From Macrostomum lignano (taxonomy: Eukaryota), in the NCBI GenBank assembly GCA_002269645.1, contig NIVC01002078.1, forward strand, positions 83,409 through 147,408: a DNA stretch of 64,000 bases, read 5' to 3'. Below the pieces are notes generated by a model. That model was not told the origin of the DNA and made no database searches. It worked only from the letters and a program-made list of their open reading frames with translations. Positions 62,993 through 64,000 of this stretch are shown one piece after another. Position numbers and translations under genes: made by a program. The number at the start of each line of letters is the position of its first letter. Position 1 is the stretch's first letter.

Positions 62993-64000
62993 GATGATTT
63001 GCGTATAATGCGTATGAATTTAATCCTGAATTTGGCTATGGTTCAACTCGTCTGTGTAGTTTCGTATGCTTATATAGACAGACGAAGTTGGCTTAGAGAG
63101 GACTCCTCGCCTCTCTTGCTTCAATTTTTATAGATGCGTTTAGCAAGCTTGAGCACCCAGCCAACTCAATACTTCAATATGGCAATTTTAGAAGAATAGA
63201 CGGAAACACGCAGAGCTAATTTTCCTAAGTCTTAATTGTTTATCAGAGTCTATGCTCTCACGCATAGCGACTGTCTCCTCCAGTGCACTGTGAAAGCTTT
63301 CGTCTCAGGGTTAAGGTTTGAGGCTTATAGTTACAGAGGCTGAGAGACAGGGGGGGGGGAGAGAAAAATGCACAGAGACTGCGAGAACGCTTATCAAGCA
63401 GAGCACGTGGCGGCTATGGTTTCGAAAGTTTGGGCGCGTCGTTTTCCGAATTCATTTCCATTTAGAAATCTGTTGAATATTCTTGCCAGTTCACCATGCG
63501 GGTATACGATTTGAAAGACCTTGAACTTGAGAAAGTAACTTCTAAACAGAGCTGAAGTAGTTAAATAGGTTAAGCTCGATTTTTAAAGTGCATGTCAAAA
63601 AGGCAGTGAAAACTACATGTGCTTTGAAGAGGTCCAGTTCCTTATACGATATTATGCTAAACTACAACATGTACTTTGAAGAGGCACAGTTTATAATTAA
63701 AAATCAAGTAAAATGAACCCAGAAAATTTATCACATGCTTTTCTTGGAAAGATATAAATTAAAAAAACGCGACACATTTAGTGCGCAGTAAATATCTGTT
63801 TCGTAAGCCTCTGTATTGGAAATGAAACACCGCATTAAGCACTAAATAATAATATGCTAATTGTTAACAAGGGAGAAAAAATAATCTAAAAACAAACTTT
63901 TGAAGCCAGCTCAAAAAACAATCTAACATTTAGTAGCATTTTGTATGCTACGGTAATTCGTAATAAAAATATTGGTAGCATTAGAATATTGGCTAACACA

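Overview
Eukaryotic (metazoan) genomic DNA with GT-AG introns. The GC-rich exons, AT-rich spacers and minisatellite-filled introns suggest a free-living flatworm such as Macrostomum; this assignment is inference only. All gene models were built by hand from splice-site and reading-frame logic. Genes: (1) a minus-strand ankyrin-repeat ORF that splices in frame into a Mab-21/cGAS-like (cGLR) nucleotidyltransferase, predicted as one ~1146-aa protein; (2) a membrane-anchored AATK/LMTK-like kinase with a degenerate active site; (3) a 9-exon CLUH/clueless orthologue; (4) a histone H3.3 variant carrying AAVG; (5) a 4-exon SUMF2/pFGE-like gene; (6) an orphan single-pass membrane protein; (7) a 2-exon secreted pro-peptide-like gene. 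Mobile DNA: a decayed, internally deleted Ty3/gypsy element; a full-length piggyBac flanked by AGCT instead of TTAA; a 604-bp Tc1 deletion derivative; hAT-type MITEs; Helitron-like fragments; and LINE endonuclease and RTE reverse-transcriptase remnants. Almost every intron of the conserved genes holds its own tandem-repeat array. No rRNA, tRNA or CRISPR array was recognised.
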